Numbered from the stretch's first letter, positions 17,803 through 27,069 are shown. The stretch: 64,000 nt of DNA from an uncultured Mycoplasmatota bacterium (GCA_948465965.1 CAOJYR010000005.1:714-64713); one strand, 5' to 3'. Program-made: numbers and translations. The notes: a model not told the origin generated them from the letters alone.

Positions 17803-18594
17803 ATGTTTAGTATTAAAGAGAACAGAAAACATCCCAAAATTAAAAAGAATAGACATATGTCAGCATTAAGAAATATTAGCTTTCGTTATGATAGTCGAAT
17901 AGTAAGGGTTTTGCCTGCTTTTGTCGCTTTAGTATTAATAATACTTTTACTTGGCTACTACTTTTATAGTAAAAATTATAAAAATTTTAATTACTTGAAA
18001 ATTGATAAAAGTCAATATCTTGTATATACAATTTATTCTAGAGATAATGATGATAATATTACTACGCGTGTTCCTACTATAAATATTAATAATGAGGTTA
18101 TTTCATCTGTTAATAAAAAAATTGTTTCGTTGATGAATGATTTTTTAAAGGAAGAAGATAATATCGCAACTTATGAATTTGAAATTAATGGAGATATATT
18201 ATCTTTGGTCTTGAAAATGGTTGATAATCATAGTAGTGAAATTCCAGAGTTTAAATTTAGGACATATAATTTTAATTTAAAGACATTACAACTAGTTGAT
18301 GATAGTGAATTATTACAAATATATAATATAGATGAAAAGACTGTGTCTTATAAAGTTCAAGAACAATTTAAAAAGTTTTATACTGATGAACAGAAAAAGG
18401 GATATATTGATTCTAATCAGTGTGATTATGCGTGTTTTCTATCATGGCGTGATGTAGATGATTATATGGATGATATTCATTACTATATAAAAGAGGGTAA
18501 GCTATATATTTATAAGGAGTTTGTTGTATATTCTATATTTGGTGAGGAATATTATTTTAAAGATAAAGACTTTGTATTTTATATTGCAGGTTAG
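17803..18594 (+). CDS. Membrane-anchored hypothetical protein
   Basis: RBS GGAGG. A basic N-terminus is followed by one TM segment (VLPAFVALVLIILLLGYYFY) and an extracytoplasmic domain of unknown function. Confidence 0.5.
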   Translation: MFSIKENRKHPKIKKNRHMSALRNISFRYDSRIVRVLPAFVALVLIILLLGYYFYSKNYKNFNYLKIDKSQYLVYTIYSRDNDDNITTRVPTININNEVISSVNKKIVSLMNDFLKEEDNIATYEFEINGDILSLVLKMVDNHSSEIPEFKFRTYNFNLKTLQLVDDSELLQIYNIDEKTVSYKVQEQFKKFYTDEQKKGYIDSNQCDYACFLSWRDVDDYMDDIHYYIKEGKLYIYKEFVVYSIFGEEYYFKDKDFVFYIAG

Positions 18595-18656
18595 AAGGTT
18601 TAATGACTTTCTTTTTTTTTTGGTTTATTGTATAATACGTCTAGTGAGGCGATACT

Positions 18657-19511
18657 ATGAAGTTGTTAGTTGAACTAAGAGATAAGAATATTAATGAATA
18701 TAAGAATATAGTTGATGGAATTATTTTAGCGTTATCAGATTTTTCTGTTTTGAATGAGGTTAGTTATACTTTGGAAGAAATAAAGAAAATCAGTGAAGAG
18801 TATACTCATTTAGATATTTTTGTGAAGCTTGATAAAAATATATTTAATGATGAAATCGATAGATTAAAAGAGGTGCTAATTTTTCTAGATAAGTTAAATA
18901 TTAAGGGAATCTTTTTTTATGATTTAGCGGTATTAGAGTTAAAGAAATCTTTGCATTTAAATATTGATTTGGTTTGGAGTCAAACTCATATGGTTACTAA
19001 TTATAGAACTTGTAATTATTACTTTGAAAAAGGCTGTACGAGTGCACTTCTTTCTAAAGAAATTACACTAGAAGAAATATTAGAAATAAAAAGGTTATCT
19101 AAAATTAGTGTTATGGTTGAGGTTTTATCTTTACCTAGTGTTGCCTATAGTCGTAGAAAGTTAGTTACTAATTATAATCATGATATAGGTAATGATAGTA
19201 CTAGTGTTATTGATATTGTAGAAAAAGTAACTAATAGTAATTATAAAGTAGTAGAGGAAAAAAGTGGTACTGGTTTTATTTTAAATAATATTTTAAATGG
19301 AACAGGTGTTATAAAAGAGTTATATGATAATGGGATTGATTATATATTAATGAGAGAATCTGGAATAGATGATTTTTTAGAATTAATTAAGGATACTAAA
19401 AGTTATATTGATTCTAATTGTAATGATACACGTTATGTAGATAAATATAAAAAATTAGGGGATAATACTGGTTTCTTTTTTAGGAAAACTGTTTATAGGG
19501 TGAAGAAATGA
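18657..19511 (+). CDS. Peptidase U32-family protein (YrrN-like)
   Basis: 284 aa, overlaps the next U32 gene (ATGA). Position and size match B. subtilis yrrN. Confidence 0.6.
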   Translation: MKLLVELRDKNINEYKNIVDGIILALSDFSVLNEVSYTLEEIKKISEEYTHLDIFVKLDKNIFNDEIDRLKEVLIFLDKLNIKGIFFYDLAVLELKKSLHLNIDLVWSQTHMVTNYRTCNYYFEKGCTSALLSKEITLEEILEIKRLSKISVMVEVLSLPSVAYSRRKLVTNYNHDIGNDSTSVIDIVEKVTNSNYKVVEEKSGTGFILNNILNGTGVIKELYDNGIDYILMRESGIDDFLELIKDTKSYIDSNCNDTRYVDKYKKLGDNTGFFFRKTVYRVKK

Positions 19512-20713
19512 AAAGAGTAGAGTTACTATCTCCTGCGGGAGATTTAGAAAGATTAAAAGTTACACTTTTATATGGAGCAGATGCGGTTTATATTGGAGGA
19601 GAAAAATTAGGGCTTAGAGCTAATGCAACTAATTTTAGTATTGATGAAATTAAAGAGGGGTGTATTTTTGCTCATCGTCTTGGTAAAAAGGTTTATTTAA
19701 CTTTAAATATCGTTTTTCATAATGAAGATATGGATGGTGTTGAAGAGTATATTCGTGATGTTGTAGATGCTGGAATTGATGCTTTTATTGTGAGTGATCC
19801 TTTTATTCTTTCCTATATAAAAAAAGAATATCCTGAGGTTGAGGTGCATTTATCTACACAGAATTCTACTACTAATTACCTTACTGTTAATTATTTTAAG
19901 AGTGAGGGAATAGATAGAGTAGTACTTGCAAGAGAGCTTTCCAAAAGTGAGATAAAAGAGATTATAGAAAAAACGCATGTTGATATAGAAGTATTTATTC
20001 ATGGTGCGATGTGTACTTGTTTTAGTGGAAGATGTGCTTTATCTAATTATGTTACCAATCGGGATGCAAATCGTGGAGGATGTGCACAAGTATGTAGATT
20101 CAGTTTTAAGAATGGTGATAATAAAGAATTCACTATGGCTACAAAGGATATGAATATGGCACGCTATATTAGTGATTTAATTGATATAGGTGTAAGTAGT
20201 TTGAAAGTAGAAGGTAGAATGCGTTCTTTATATTATTTGGCTACTGTTATAGGTACTTATAGAAAAATTATTGATAATTATTATGAAAATACTTTAACGG
20301 AAGAAAAATTAAAATTATATGAAGCAAGACTAAGTCGTGTTGCGAATAGAGAGGTTAGTAGTCATTATTTCTTAAAAGAGGCTGATTATAGTGATCAATA
20401 CTATACTGGTAGAAGTGAGGTATCTAATCAAGATTATTTAGGACAAATTATTTCTTATGATAAAAATAGTAAATTAGTTAAGTTCTATGAGAGAAATTAT
20501 TTTGAAGTAGGAGATAAGGTGGAGTTATTTACTCCAAATGGAGATAGTGTAGAATTTGTTGTATCAAAGCTATATAATGAGGATATGGTGCCTGTTGATG
20601 TTGCAAGACACCCAGATAATGTGTATTATATATATTTAGATATTGATTTTGATATATCAGAATACTCTATGATTCGATTAATTGAGAAGGGTGATAGAAA
20701 TGAAGTATTATAA
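19508..20713 (+). CDS. Peptidase U32-family protein (YrrO-like)
   Basis: ELLSPAGDLERLKVTLLYGADAVYIGG, Cys cluster GAMCTCFSGRCALSNY...GGCAQVCR, and LKVEGRMR. Confidence 0.85.
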   Translation: MKRVELLSPAGDLERLKVTLLYGADAVYIGGEKLGLRANATNFSIDEIKEGCIFAHRLGKKVYLTLNIVFHNEDMDGVEEYIRDVVDAGIDAFIVSDPFILSYIKKEYPEVEVHLSTQNSTTNYLTVNYFKSEGIDRVVLARELSKSEIKEIIEKTHVDIEVFIHGAMCTCFSGRCALSNYVTNRDANRGGCAQVCRFSFKNGDNKEFTMATKDMNMARYISDLIDIGVSSLKVEGRMRSLYYLATVIGTYRKIIDNYYENTLTEEKLKLYEARLSRVANREVSSHYFLKEADYSDQYYTGRSEVSNQDYLGQIISYDKNSKLVKFYERNYFEVGDKVELFTPNGDSVEFVVSKLYNEDMVPVDVARHPDNVYYIYLDIDFDISEYSMIRLIEKGDRNEVL

Positions 20714-21113
20714 AGTAAGTCTTTGCAAGGTAAAAGAGGATAGTTTAAGATCACTTAATCTTGAAAGTTGTTCTAAAGACATAATTGTACGTAAAAGTTT
20801 TTTTGGATTATTTGCTAAAGAGATTTTAACGAATGCTGAGTTTGAAATATGTACTGTAGATCAATGGAGTGAAAATAAACAGTTGTGTTATTCTGGATAT
20901 AATCTAAGTAATTATGGAGTTGATTATTTTATATTTAAAAATCAAATTTGTGATGGAAATATAGTAGATGCCGAAGAAGTTCAAGAATATATTGATAATT
21001 TTGATGAAAATGAATATGAATTTATTTCCTTTTTATCTCGGATAAATAAAGGAAGTAGAAAAGAGCAAAGAAAGGTTAAACAATTAATTCGCTCTCATAA
21101 GGAAAATAAATAA
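20700..21113 (+). CDS. Hypothetical small protein, paralog A
   Basis: Starts MKYYK. Shares YYK, AKEILT and ENQ-x-C...EV-x-x-Y segments with the next ORF. Confidence 0.55.
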   Translation: MKYYKVSLCKVKEDSLRSLNLESCSKDIIVRKSFFGLFAKEILTNAEFEICTVDQWSENKQLCYSGYNLSNYGVDYFIFKNQICDGNIVDAEEVQEYIDNFDENEYEFISFLSRINKGSRKEQRKVKQLIRSHKENK

Positions 21114-21130
21114 ATGATAGGAGTGTTATT

Positions 21131-21541
21131 ATGTATTATAAAGCAAATGTATATAAGATAGAGAATAAAATTAGGGAGAATAGATTAATAAGTGCTAATG
21201 TAGATAATTGTAAACATAGACCAGAGGTTTTAGATGAAGTAATTGTAGACGTTAGAAGCGAAGATGGTATACTTACTGCAAAAGAGATATTAACAGGCTT
21301 TTCTATAGATGTTTTTAAGGATGATAGCTTAGACAGTAAGGGATTATTAAATGATGATTATTGTAATTACCGAAGGTTAAGGGAATATGATGTTCAACTT
21401 TTTACTTTAGAGAATCAATTTTGTTTAGAGAATAAAGCTACAGGAGATGAGGTTGAAGCGTATTTTGAAAGATTTCCTGATAGTGAATTTAAAAACTTTT
21501 ATGTGAAAACACAGGAAAAAGTAAAAACAAATACAAGGTAG
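21131..21541 (+). CDS. Hypothetical small protein, paralog B
   Basis: Starts MYYKANVYK. Paralog of 20700..21113. RBS AGGAG. Confidence 0.55.
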   Translation: MYYKANVYKIENKIRENRLISANVDNCKHRPEVLDEVIVDVRSEDGILTAKEILTGFSIDVFKDDSLDSKGLLNDDYCNYRRLREYDVQLFTLENQFCLENKATGDEVEAYFERFPDSEFKNFYVKTQEKVKTNTR

Positions 21542-21575
21542 AAGCTTAGATGTTTTTATGGAGGGAGTATTTAAA

Positions 21576-22706
21576 ATGAAGAATATGGATCAAGCCAAGA
21601 ATAATTTTTTACTTGTAGAAGAGAACTTAAGTTGTTATGCGACTAAAAGTAGTGATGCCATTAGACTCATTGGTTTTTTAGAGGATATTAGACCATCCTT
21701 TTTTCATGATATCGATAGAATTATACATTCTTTAAGTTATACAAGGTATGCTGATAAGACGCAAGTGTATTCTTTTAAGGAAAATGATCATATCTCAAAG
21801 CGAATTATTCATGTACAACTTGTTAGTAAGATTGCAAGAACTATTGGTCGTGCTTTGAGACTTAATTGTGATTTGATTGAGGCTATTAGTTTAGGTCATG
21901 ATATTGGGCATACTCCTTTAGGTCACGCAGGGGAAGCTTTACTTAATGAGATATCACTTCGTGAATTAAATGAAAACTTTATGCATAATATTCAAGGAGT
22001 TCGTTATTATATGGATGTTGAAAATAATGGGGAAGGACTTGATCTTTGTATTCAAACCCTTGATGGAATTATGTGTCATAATGGAGAAATGTTGTCTAAC
22101 AAATATGAAGTAATGAAGAAAGATAAGGATGAATTTTTAAGGGAGTATAAGGAGAGTTATACTGATAGGGAAAGTTTTAAGAAATATCGTCCTATGACAC
22201 TTGAGGGTTGTGTTGTAAGAATTAGTGATATTATTGCCTATATTGGTAGGGATATAGAAGATGCAATTAATTTGGGACGTTTTAATAGAAGCGATTTGCC
22301 TCGTGAAATAGTAAAAGTTTTGGGTAACAATAATAAGGATATTGTTAATAATGTAATTGTTGATATTATAGAAAACAGTATGAATAAGAATTATATTATG
22401 ATGAGTCAAGATGTATATAAAGCTTTATTTGCTTTGAAGAAGTTTAATTATGAAAATATTTATGACAAAAGTATGAGTCGTGAAGATTATGAATATTATA
22501 GACGTGGAATGAATAAGATATTTAATATTTATTTGGAATGTATAAAAAATAAGGAAAAGGATAGCTTAATATATGAAATCTTTTTAAATCAACAAAGTTC
22601 TAAATATATGGAGTCTACAAGTGATAAACGTATGGTTATTGATTTTATTGCGGGTATGACGGATGACTTGTTCTTACATGAGGTAAAAAAATATGAAAAC
22701 GCTTAA
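21576..22706 (+). CDS. HD-domain dGTP triphosphohydrolase-like protein
   Basis: HDIGHTPLGHAGE and C-terminal FIAGMTDDLFL. ATG 21576 follows GGAGGGAG; the track starts at 21558. Confidence 0.8.
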   Translation: MKNMDQAKNNFLLVEENLSCYATKSSDAIRLIGFLEDIRPSFFHDIDRIIHSLSYTRYADKTQVYSFKENDHISKRIIHVQLVSKIARTIGRALRLNCDLIEAISLGHDIGHTPLGHAGEALLNEISLRELNENFMHNIQGVRYYMDVENNGEGLDLCIQTLDGIMCHNGEMLSNKYEVMKKDKDEFLREYKESYTDRESFKKYRPMTLEGCVVRISDIIAYIGRDIEDAINLGRFNRSDLPREIVKVLGNNNKDIVNNVIVDIIENSMNKNYIMMSQDVYKALFALKKFNYENIYDKSMSREDYEYYRRGMNKIFNIYLECIKNKEKDSLIYEIFLNQQSSKYMESTSDKRMVIDFIAGMTDDLFLHEVKKYENA

Positions 22707-22727
22707 TAATATAGAAGGAGTTATAAT

Positions 22728-23357
22728 ATGTTTGATTATAGATTAGATGAAGAAAAGAATGATATAGAATATATAACTAATTATTATATTAATCGAGATA
22801 ATCCAAATGAGCTTTTGGTAAAATTTGCAGACATGGATGATTATCTTGTAATTGATAATAGTTATGAAAATATAGAAAAATTAGATAAAATAATGGAAGA
22901 ACAAATAATAAAGGCTATTGAAAATAGGAAAGAATTAAAAAGACTAGGGAATACTATAAAACTTGGAGAAATAGGCAGTATTATAACTGGACTTTTCTTA
23001 GGAAGTAGTAATGTTTTAAATGGAGATATTAATAAACTTATTGGTACTTGTCTATTTAGTATTGTTATTCCTTTCTTAGGTGGAATAGTTTGGGTTGATT
23101 ATGATAAGAAAGTTGAAGAGATTGATAAGGCTAAATTTCTATTAGAAAATATGGATTTACTTATGGCATATGAAGAATATTCTTTGCCTTTGATAGGTGT
23201 TTCCAAGGAATGTCGCAGATATTTAAGGGGTAATGATGATCCATTTAAAATGAATGATTTAGATTCTTTTTCTATAAAGGATTTAAAGAAAATGGTTCAT
23301 AATATGCGAAAAGAAGATAATTTTGGTTTTACTTATAAAAAGAAATATAAGAGATAA
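22728..23357 (+). CDS. Two-TM membrane protein, tandem paralog 1 of 3 (unknown function)
   Basis: Starts MFDYRLDEEKN. Shared motifs: LDK-x-M, central hydrophobic hairpin, VEEIDKAKF, DPFKMN, and a C-terminal FGFTYKKK-like tail. Confidence 0.6.
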   Translation: MFDYRLDEEKNDIEYITNYYINRDNPNELLVKFADMDDYLVIDNSYENIEKLDKIMEEQIIKAIENRKELKRLGNTIKLGEIGSIITGLFLGSSNVLNGDINKLIGTCLFSIVIPFLGGIVWVDYDKKVEEIDKAKFLLENMDLLMAYEEYSLPLIGVSKECRRYLRGNDDPFKMNDLDSFSIKDLKKMVHNMRKEDNFGFTYKKKYKR

Positions 23358-23363
23358 AAATGC

Positions 23364-23392
23364 TTGCAAAAATCTAGAAAATGTGATATAAT
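23364..23392 (+). promoter_or_regulatory. Candidate sigma-A promoter for paralog 2
   Basis: TTGCAA-17 nt-TATAAT with an upstream TG (TGATATAAT). Confidence 0.5.
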
Positions 23393-23421
23393 CTAGCTAA
23401 TTTTTGAAAGAAGGTGTTTGT

Positions 23422-24057
23422 GTGAAGGATTATTGTTTTACTAAAGAAGAGAGAGAAAACTATGTTTTGAAATATAGTGAATGCACAGAAATTGATGGTG
23501 TAAGTAAATTACGTGTTGAATATTCAGGAGCAAAGTTAGGAAAAAAAGTTGAACTTATCCAAAATACTGAAGATAATGTCGAAAGTTTAGATAAAAAAAT
23601 GGATTTACAAATGAATTATGCAATTCAAAATAAGCAGGCGTTTGTTATAAATAGGGAGAAATCTCTTTGTTTAGGTACAATTTCTGTTGGTGGAATGACT
23701 TTGTGTAATATATTATCTCATAATCATCCTCATTTTATGGTTGCAGGAGGATTAGTTGTTTTATTTGGGTTAATTCCTGCTATAAAAAAATATTTTCAAA
23801 ATAATTTTAAGGTTGAGGAAATTGAAAAAGCAGAGTATTTGAGAAAAAACAGGGATAGGTTAGAAAATATTTCTAGCTACTCTGGCGCTTTATCCGGTGT
23901 TAAAGAAGGAGTAGTAAAACTGATAAATGAGGAAAAAGAACCCTTTAAAATGAATAATATAGATCGTTTTAAGAAAAAGGACTTAGAAAAAATTGTAATT
24001 AATATTATAAACGAAGAAAATTCAGTTTGTTCTTATGAAAAGAAAAAAATTATGTAA
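23422..24057 (+). CDS. Two-TM membrane protein, tandem paralog 2 of 3
   Basis: GTG 23422 (6 nt after AAGGTG) gives M-KDYCFTKEERENY, which aligns with the MFDY/MYDY N-termini of the neighbours. The track starts at TTG 23404. Confidence 0.6.
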   Translation: MKDYCFTKEERENYVLKYSECTEIDGVSKLRVEYSGAKLGKKVELIQNTEDNVESLDKKMDLQMNYAIQNKQAFVINREKSLCLGTISVGGMTLCNILSHNHPHFMVAGGLVVLFGLIPAIKKYFQNNFKVEEIEKAEYLRKNRDRLENISSYSGALSGVKEGVVKLINEEKEPFKMNNIDRFKKKDLEKIVINIINEENSVCSYEKKKIM

Positions 24058-24120
24058 TATAAGTGCTGATATATAGTAAATAGTTATTAGAGATGGCAAG
24101 GCATTGAAAGGAATAAATTT

Positions 24121-24822
24121 ATGTATGATTATAGTTTGAATAATGCAGAAAGAAGCAAATATATTTTAGGTTATGAAAAGGATAAATCCGGAAATTTAAT
24201 TGTACATTTTTCAGATACTAATAATACAGGAAAGGTCTCTTTTCCTAACGTTTTAGATAATGATGAAAATAGATATAAATTGGATAAAAAGATGGATTAT
24301 CAAATGACTGAAGCAATTCAGAATAGGGAAAAATTTATTTTAAATAAGAAACAGTCGTTAAGAAATACTTTATATTGTATTGGATCTGGAATAACGTCTT
24401 TTACTATAGGTGCTTTTGCTTATTCAAATGATGGTAAGTTTCCATTAACTATTTGTCTTGGAATATTAGGAGGAGTATTAACTATAGGTGGGGCTAGTTT
24501 TTTTAGACAATATTCGAAAGATAAGGAAAAGGTTAGTGAAATCAAAAAAGCGGAATATATAAGAGATAATAAGGAAAAACTAGATAGTATTTTTTCCTAT
24601 CCTAATTCGTTAGTTGGTGTTAGAGGTGATGTTTCAACGTTCATCAAGGATTCCCATGATCCTTTTAAAGTTAATAATTATGATTTATTTGATAGATGTG
24701 ATTTAGAACAGATTATTTTAAACGTTGAAAGAGAGGAAGAGTTTGGATTTCAATATGTAAAGAAGAAAACAAGCGATGGTAAGGATGTTCCAACAATCCA
24801 AATTGGGCTATTGCTAAAATAA
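24121..24822 (+). CDS. Two-TM membrane protein, tandem paralog 3 of 3
   Basis: MYDYSLNNAERSKY, LDKKMDYQM, VSEIKKAEY, DPFKVNNYD, FGFQYVKKK. Confidence 0.6.
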   Translation: MYDYSLNNAERSKYILGYEKDKSGNLIVHFSDTNNTGKVSFPNVLDNDENRYKLDKKMDYQMTEAIQNREKFILNKKQSLRNTLYCIGSGITSFTIGAFAYSNDGKFPLTICLGILGGVLTIGGASFFRQYSKDKEKVSEIKKAEYIRDNKEKLDSIFSYPNSLVGVRGDVSTFIKDSHDPFKVNNYDLFDRCDLEQIILNVEREEEFGFQYVKKKTSDGKDVPTIQIGLLLK

Positions 24823-24894
24823 AAAAAATATGTTATAATTCTGAAAGTTAAGTTCTTTAGGGACTTATTTGAAAAATAAAATGAGGTGAATATC

Positions 24895-25365
24895 ATGAAA
24901 AATAAAAATACAGTATATCTAACACAAGAAGGTTTAGACGAATTAAAGAAGGAGTTAGATAATTTAATAAATGTTAGACGACCTGAAAATATACAAGCGA
25001 TTAAGGAAGCTCGTGCTTTAGGGGATTTATCCGAGAATGCTGAGTATGATGCAGCAAGAGATGAACAAGCACAAATAGAAGGAAGAATTAAGCAATTAGA
25101 AAAAATGTTAGAAAATGTTTCTATTATAACAGAAGTCTCTACTGATAGTGTTGGTATTGGAAATACTGTATCTATTAAATATGTTGATGATGATGAAGAA
25201 GATGAATACAAGATTGTTGGTAGTCAAGAAGCAGATCCTTTTGAAAGTAAAATTTCTAATGAGAGTCCTATTGCTCAAGCATTATTTGAACATAAAGTTG
25301 GAGATATTGTAACCGTTGAGAGTCCTAATGGAAGTTATGATGTAGAAATTATAGAAATTAAATAA
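24895..25365 (+). CDS. greA: Transcription elongation factor GreA
   Basis: LTQEGLDELKKELDNL...ARALGDLSENAEYDAARDEQ. ATG 24895 follows AGGTG. Confidence 0.9.
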   Translation: MKNKNTVYLTQEGLDELKKELDNLINVRRPENIQAIKEARALGDLSENAEYDAARDEQAQIEGRIKQLEKMLENVSIITEVSTDSVGIGNTVSIKYVDDDEEDEYKIVGSQEADPFESKISNESPIAQALFEHKVGDIVTVESPNGSYDVEIIEIK

Positions 25366-25429
25366 TGTTTATAAATCGACAAAAAAATATATAAAGATAG
25401 TTTATTCTATACATGTAGGAGTTATATGT

Positions 25430-26056
25430 ATGAGGAAAATTATCTTTATTTTTTTTATAATTTTTTTATTTTTTAGTTGTATCAATTGTTCTAGTGATGA
25501 AGTGTTTTTATATGATGACTTATTATATAAAGATATAAAGGGGAAAATCTATATACCTAATACGAATATTAATCATTATATTTTACAGGCTACTGATAAT
25601 TCTTATTATTTAAATCATTCTTATACTGGTGATAGTGATAAGTATGGAAGTATATTTTTAGATTTTAGAAATGATATTTTAGATAAAAAACTTTTAATAT
25701 ATGGGCATAATTCTAAATATGATGATAAGGCTTTATTTAAGGATTTAGAAAATTATAAGGAACAATCCTTTTACAAAAATAATCAATATATTTATGTAAC
25801 TTTTGGTAGTGTTAAATATAAGTATTTAATATTTTCTATTAATATAGTCTCTAAGGATGATCATTCTCATACAAGATTAAAATATAGTCATATGGATTTT
25901 TATAGATATCTTTTGGATACTAAGAGTTATTCTTTATATGATACTTATGTTGATGTAGGTGAAGATGACTTTGTTATTACATTACAAACTTGTAATTATA
26001 CTCCATATGATAATACTTATTTATTAATAAATGCGAAGAGGGTTGATAGATTATGA
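25430..26056 (+). CDS. Sortase B-like transpeptidase (His and Cys present, canonical Arg position substituted)
   Basis: Aligns by eye along its length with S. aureus SrtB: YGSIFLDFRN, LIYGHN, EQSFYKNNQYI, ITLQTC. N-terminal membrane anchor. Confidence 0.75.
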   Translation: MRKIIFIFFIIFLFFSCINCSSDEVFLYDDLLYKDIKGKIYIPNTNINHYILQATDNSYYLNHSYTGDSDKYGSIFLDFRNDILDKKLLIYGHNSKYDDKALFKDLENYKEQSFYKNNQYIYVTFGSVKYKYLIFSINIVSKDDHSHTRLKYSHMDFYRYLLDTKSYSLYDTYVDVGEDDFVITLQTCNYTPYDNTYLLINAKRVDRL

Positions 26057-27069
26057 AAAAAATATTTTTAATAGTAATTTTTATTTTAATATTTAGTTTT
26101 TGTGTGAATTGTTTTGCTCTTAGTCGATGGGATACTGATAAAGTTATCTATTCTGCTATGAGTGATAAGATTATAGAAGAGATGGTTCCGGTTCATAATG
26201 AGGTAGGGGATTTAATCGGTTTTCGTGTTTTAATAACAATACCTAGTGATTACCAAGAAGATGAAATTGTTATTGTTCCTAGTGTTTTTCAGACTATTAA
26301 TAATTATAAGCATTTAATTCCAGGAGAAGAAGTTTCTATTGATTTAAAAGTTATTAATCATTCCAAATTTGATTATCAATATGTTAATAATAGTTTTATT
26401 TTGAGTACCGATGATTTATCTAGATATGGGGTAGATACTACTTTTTCACAAAATTATGGAATTGGTTTTGATGGAAATGTTATCTATGATCATTTCTTAG
26501 TTTATAGAACTTGTAATGAAGCAATTCGTTCTTTGTATGATAATGATTTTTGTGATGATGCTTTAAGTGATGATATTTTAGATGTAAAACTTAAGGATAG
26601 AGGTTATTCTGGTGTTCAGCAGTTAAGCCAATATTATTTGGATTTTTATAATAATAAGTATAATTTGAAAGAGGATAATTTAGATGAATTCACTTTTTCT
26701 GTTGCGAAAGAGATATTTGGTGGTAAGATTAGCAATATTAAAGAAAGTGATCCTGAGATAGTTAGGCTTTCTTATCATTATTTTTATAATAAATTACTTT
26801 ATTATAAGTTTAGTGATCAGGAAATTGATTCTTATAATAGTGATGAATTTAGTATTGGTAATTATAAAAGAAAGGGTATTGGTAATGAGTACTTTAAAAG
26901 TGGGTTTCAGAATATCGAAAGTGGGTCATTTTCTGAGATCAATCATATGAAAATAGGGATTAATGATTATTATTATTCAGAAATCTTTAATGATTATGGT
27001 TTGTATGGTTATATGGAATTTAGATTAGAGAAGAGTGGTGTTATTGTTCCACCTAATACTGGTATTTAA
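26053..27069 (+). CDS. Secreted protein ending in PPNTG-I (sortase-B-type motif without hydrophobic tail)
   Basis: Signal peptide MKKIFLIVIFILIFSFCVNCFA. C-terminus is ...GVIVPPNTGI*. ATGA overlap with the sortase-like gene. Confidence 0.6.
   Translation: MKKIFLIVIFILIFSFCVNCFALSRWDTDKVIYSAMSDKIIEEMVPVHNEVGDLIGFRVLITIPSDYQEDEIVIVPSVFQTINNYKHLIPGEEVSIDLKVINHSKFDYQYVNNSFILSTDDLSRYGVDTTFSQNYGIGFDGNVIYDHFLVYRTCNEAIRSLYDNDFCDDALSDDILDVKLKDRGYSGVQQLSQYYLDFYNNKYNLKEDNLDEFTFSVAKEIFGGKISNIKESDPEIVRLSYHYFYNKLLYYKFSDQEIDSYNSDEFSIGNYKRKGIGNEYFKSGFQNIESGSFSEINHMKIGINDYYYSEIFNDYGLYGYMEFRLEKSGVIVPPNTGI

Noticed and set aside
21576-22706. HD-domain dGTPase-like gene as an anti-phage nucleotide-depletion defence gene
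   Set aside because: The motifs are those of the ordinary dGTPase-like family found as a housekeeping gene in many Bacillota. It sits in a core-gene block, and no partner or mobile signature is visible. A defence role cannot be excluded, but nothing in the sequence supports it.
24750-25211. 153-aa minus-strand ORF overlapping the third paralog and greA
   Set aside because: It is antisense to two well-supported genes, has a serine-rich low-complexity start, and lacks an RBS.
25366-25429. att-like direct repeats shared by the left (25366-25429) and right (52880-52937) borders of the 27-kb locus
   Set aside because: By eye I found no shared repeat longer than a few AT-rich bases. A proper repeat search over wider flanks is still needed.
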